A stretch of 62,898 nucleotides of DNA, counting the filler, from Globobulimina sp. (taxonomy: Eukaryota): assembly GCA_003354225.1 (NCBI GenBank). It is 36 parts of 36 records of this genome, joined end to end, with 100 filler letters (N's around TTAATTAATTAA, not from the genome) between each part and the next. Parts side by side here need not be neighbours in the genome. Positions count along the whole stretch, not along the records: positions 59,501 to 61,149 come from PIVH01013636.1; positions 61,250 to 62,898 come from PIVH01013637.1; 34 more parts are not named here. One strand, given 5' to 3'. A program made the position numbers and the translations under genes. Under the pieces are notes generated by a model. That model saw only the letters and a program-made list of their open reading frames with translations, ran no database searches and was not told where the DNA came from. Below, in pieces: positions 59,401 through 62,898 of this stretch; position 1 is the stretch's first letter; each line of letters starts with the position of its first letter.

Positions 59401-59500
59401 NNNNNNNNNNNNNNNNNNNNNNNNNNNNNNNNNNNNNNNNNNNNTTAATTAATTAANNNNNNNNNNNNNNNNNNNNNNNNNNNNNNNNNNNNNNNNNNNN

Positions 59501-60198
59501 GATAACCATTCTTCACCGGCTTTAATTTTTTTCTTATCCAAATCAAATTGTTCAATAAACGTGTTGAATATGACAGTACAATTTTCAGTACATTTGTTAA
59601 AATATGAATTATATCCATCAAGTTCCACGGGGTAAGCGATGACTTTTTGACCCTGAAAACATTGCTTTTCCCCGGTTTTTATAGTGACCCCCTTTGGCGA
59701 AAATCCAAATTCATCAATTTCCTTATTGTTCTTTATCTGCCACATTTTCTTGGAGTATGATTTAATATATTTTTCATAAAGGCGTTCACCGACTGAATTG
59801 ATCCAGTATTCCTCAAAATTGCCGGCTTTTTTATCTTTCGGCCTTTGCTCAAGCTCCCTGCATATTAACTCCTTATCGGGCATCTGCTCTATTTCGTCGG
59901 CGTGAATCGGATATGTATAAAAACAGTGATCCTGATTAACATATGTCAGCGTATGGTGCTTTAACTCCCTCAGCGTAAGAAATCGACTAAAAAAATCCCA
60001 GACAAACATTTCATCCGTATTAATAAGCAAATGGTGTGGACCGTATGTAAAGGGATGACCATGATCAAAATACGTTCGGCATCCGCCGCCCAGACCGTCA
60101 CTTCCTTCAACCAGTGTCACATCAAATCCTTTTTCATTCAACATATATGCAATGGTGCACCCGGCAAAACCGCCCCCAATAACAATTGCAGACTTCAT
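59501..60198 (-). CDS. UDP-galactopyranose mutase-like FAD enzyme, bacterial, 3'-truncated
   Basis: IVIGGGFAG, LGGGC, YGPH, YPIH, VG..LYE.YI..YS.K.W and P...GY; intronless. Confidence 0.8.
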
Positions 60199-60255
60199 AA
60201 ATTCACTTCCTTAGTGATAATAAGTTATATTCCATGATGGAATGATTCTGTTGCA

Positions 60256-61149
60256 TCATTCCGTAAGTGTTACAATGGTGCCTCTAAAATTATTCTTCCG
60301 TAATCTCTGCGTAATCGCATGTTGATGCAAAAAAGCCGTTATTACCACCGTTTGATTATCCGTTACATCAGCATTTCTCGGATTTACAACCGGAACAACC
60401 TGATCTTTGCTATACAAAAAAAGATTCTCAAAGTGCTCTGTATCATCCAATGCGATTTTTATTCGTGGGTTCTCACCCAGAACGCTTAACAATGATACTG
60501 CATGCCATGCAGCGCCATAAAAAAGGACAGGCTCATCTTCTTTCAATAGTTTATGTTTAATGTTATGAAGATGTGCCGATAAACGGTTCCCGAGATTTTT
60601 ATCGCCGCATGGTCTTATTTTCTCTCTATGAATCCGTGTGCCGGAACGTAATATGAACCCCATATCATGTCCCCCCTTGATATCCAGTTCTCCCGCACTT
60701 TCAAGACCGGCCTTTTCAATAAGCTCAATTAAATTACGCCGATAAAAATAGTGCACATGTGCGTTATGGAAATCAATAAAGGCATTATGGTTTTCGATAT
60801 AGGACGCATTGGGTACTTCGATATACAGACACCCCTTTGGATTCAAAGCCTTTTTCATGTCCATAAGTAGCTCAAGGGGGTCTGAGACATGTTCGAGGAC
60901 CTGACGGCAGATAACTAAATCCGCTTTTTGACGGATGCGCCTCACAGAAAAGCCCTCATTAACCAGTGTTATATTGGGTTCCGGCACCATTTCCGGAAGG
61001 AGCGCAGGATTTGGCTCAAATACCTGTACCGATCGTGCGTATTGCGCCAAAGCTCTGGCAAAGTAACCACTCCCTGCCCCGACTTCAATTACATCCTTAT
61101 CAGCAATACGGTCCAATCCGATCCATTCGAGTATGCTTCCTAAGAACTG
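60256..61149 (-). CDS. Class I SAM methyltransferase (sugar C-methyltransferase-like), bacterial, 5'-truncated
   Basis: VIEVGAGSG, DLVICRQVLEHV.DP, L.P.G.LYIEVPN, H.HYF and C-terminal FYGA. Confidence 0.85.
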   Translation of the reverse strand, partial: QFLGSILEWIGLDRIADKDVIEVGAGSGYFARALAQYARSVQVFEPNPALLPEMVPEPNITLVNEGFSVRRIRQKADLVICRQVLEHVSDPLELLMDMKKALNPKGCLYIEVPNASYIENHNAFIDFHNAHVHYFYRRNLIELIEKAGLESAGELDIKGGHDMGFILRSGTRIHREKIRPCGDKNLGNRLSAHLHNIKHKLLKEDEPVLFYGAAWHAVSLLSVLGENPRIKIALDDTEHFENLFLYSKDQVVPVVNPRNADVTDNQTVVITAFLHQHAITQRLRKNNFRGTIVTLTE

Positions 61150-61834
61150 NNNNNNNNNNNNNNNNNNNNNNNNNNNNNNNNNNNNNNNNNNNNTTAATTA
61201 ATTAANNNNNNNNNNNNNNNNNNNNNNNNNNNNNNNNNNNNNNNNNNNNAAAAACAATAAAAACTTTGCATTGTGTGGTAATGAAGCAGCTCTGTATAAC
61301 TAGCAACCATATGTAATATTATTACAGAATGGAATACAGATGTCATACTATGCGCTGCTTCTAGAACCACAAGGACTGGGATTATAAGATATTGGTCGAG
61401 AATGAGTCTGATATCGCTGATATCGGGGTAAGTATGTGATATTTTAACTGATATCGGGTGAGCCGTAATATACGATATATATATTAATATAAACCGTTTT
61501 TGTTTCAAAAATCCGAACATATTTTGTAAAATGGTTATGTTTGCTTTGTTATCAACGGTCAATAATTGTTGATTCAAACATGATTTTATTTGTACGATAA
61601 TTGTTGATTCAAACATGATTTTATCATGTACACAGATCTCATGAGTAGCTTTTTTTTATAATTCATTATCTCGGACGAGATCCCCTTTATTTCATAAATA
61701 ATATCTAAATATATGATTCTGCGTCTTATAGCAGTTATCCCTGTACTTTCAAGAATAATATTATTCCCAATAGTTTTCATTTTTTCTGTGATTTTTTTCC
61801 TTAAAATATTTGCGTTACTATCAAATACATTAGT

Positions 61835-61997
61835 GTTCCCGATAAGATATACGCATATGAGTAGCTTTTTATTAGTACTCATATATATATTAGATATAAT
61901 AGTATATATTAGACCTTGACAGGTCCACCATTTAGTAAATATATTAGTTACAGCTAATATATATTAGCTACTCATATGGGTATATCTTATCGGGAAC
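61835..61997. repeat. 32-bp inverted repeat (61835-61866 / 61966-61997, 1 mismatch)
   Basis: gttcccgataagatatacgcatatgagtagct versus its reverse complement, about 100-nt AT-rich spacer. Confidence 0.85.
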
Positions 61998-62898
61998 TTC
62001 AATTGGAATTTCTTTTTTGCAACTTCAATTACTGCATTTTTTACAGAATATAATCCAGATTTTCTATCTTTATCCACTTGTTGTAAAGTTTGAGCGCTTC
62101 CTAAATACAATGAATCGTTTGATTTGTTAAAAATATCACAAATTTGTTATGGAATTATTTAAAAAAAAAAAATTATTCTGCCCTCAACAGTAACCGTCTC
62201 AAACAGTAACCGTCTCAAATAAAATCCACCCTTATACATACTCATACAAACGCCAAATTATACGCGTTTAAAATAAAAAAAATCCAAACCATTATACGAA
62301 ATCTCAAAACCAATCCTTCCAAACCAATCTACAGGGAAAGTATTTAAAAAGGCAAAAAAACATTGCAGTTAATATCTATATAAGAAAGAAAATGATCTGT
62401 TCTCTGTCCAGTATACAACTGACTTTTTAGGCTTAAAACTGACTTTATGGAGCATACAATGTTGTTGTTCTGCTTTGCTTTTTGTACGAAACCGGCGGGC
62501 GGGCTGTACCAAAAAATGCTGTTGTGCTTAGATTGGTGCTTATATATTTTCATTGGTGCTTAGATTAAAACAGCTTAAATGGGACTTTCTGATCAGTTAA
62601 TCAGAGCACGAAAACGGATTACACGGAAGTAAATGGCAAGAAAGCTAGTCATCTTCTACTAGTAATTGGAAGGTGCACGGATATCTGCATCGATGATGTC
62701 TCAGATTCTGCGTCAAATCTCCGATTGAATATTGAATATGTAATTCACCATCACCCTTTTCAACTATTTCAAAAACCATAGGTTTCCATTCTTTAATCAT
62801 CAACATTATTTTTCCAAATATGTCATTTTCGTTTATCACCATTTCTTTAACATTTTTAATGCAGAATGCAGATCAAATCAAAACGAACATAAACACCT

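Noticed and set aside
1652-61249. Regularly spaced TTAATTAATTAA motif as a CRISPR-like or biological repeat
   Set aside because: It is always embedded in N-runs of a fixed 100-nt linker and is a synthetic six-frame stop. ORFs containing X runs are artefacts of it.
61250-61500. Possible TAA/TAG-to-Gln genetic code in a minus-strand frame
   Set aside because: The read-through peptide resembles no family I recognise, and conserved genes elsewhere in the window end at TAA/TAG normally.

Overview
This window is not a contiguous locus. It is an artificial concatenation of 36 short contigs (1,651 falling to 1,649 bp, apparently length-sorted), joined by 35 100-nt linkers (N-run + TTAATTAATTAA + N-run), so adjacency across linkers carries no biological meaning. 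About 34 contigs come from an AT-rich eukaryote with GT-AG introns. A foraminiferan (Rhizaria) is my inference, from an EFL-type factor and the gene-family style. Two contigs (10507-12157, 59501-61149) look bacterial: a putative AbiEii toxin-antitoxin pair with a WecA/MraY transferase, and a UDP-galactopyranose mutase-like gene with a methyltransferase. Recognisable eukaryotic genes include phosphonopyruvate decarboxylase, PRELI, DUS, tRNA-Phe, WWE-PARP, MFS and AzgA transporters, PP2C, MAD2, histidine acid phosphatase, a DBH-like monooxygenase, SF3A1 and kelch, J-domain and F-box proteins. Five kinds of mobile DNA are present: a non-LTR APE element, a Penelope-like RT, a tyrosine-recombinase retroelement, a Helitron-like Rep and a Polinton-like element. 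The most striking contig is 35011-36660. It encodes a protein-primed family-B DNA polymerase with a 49-nt intron inside the YxDTDS catalytic motif, a cluster of four palindromes/hairpins (three very GC-rich) and a spliced PC4-like ssDNA-binding gene, which together suggest an intron-bearing Polinton-like element or virus. All family assignments come from motif recognition by eye; no database search was run.
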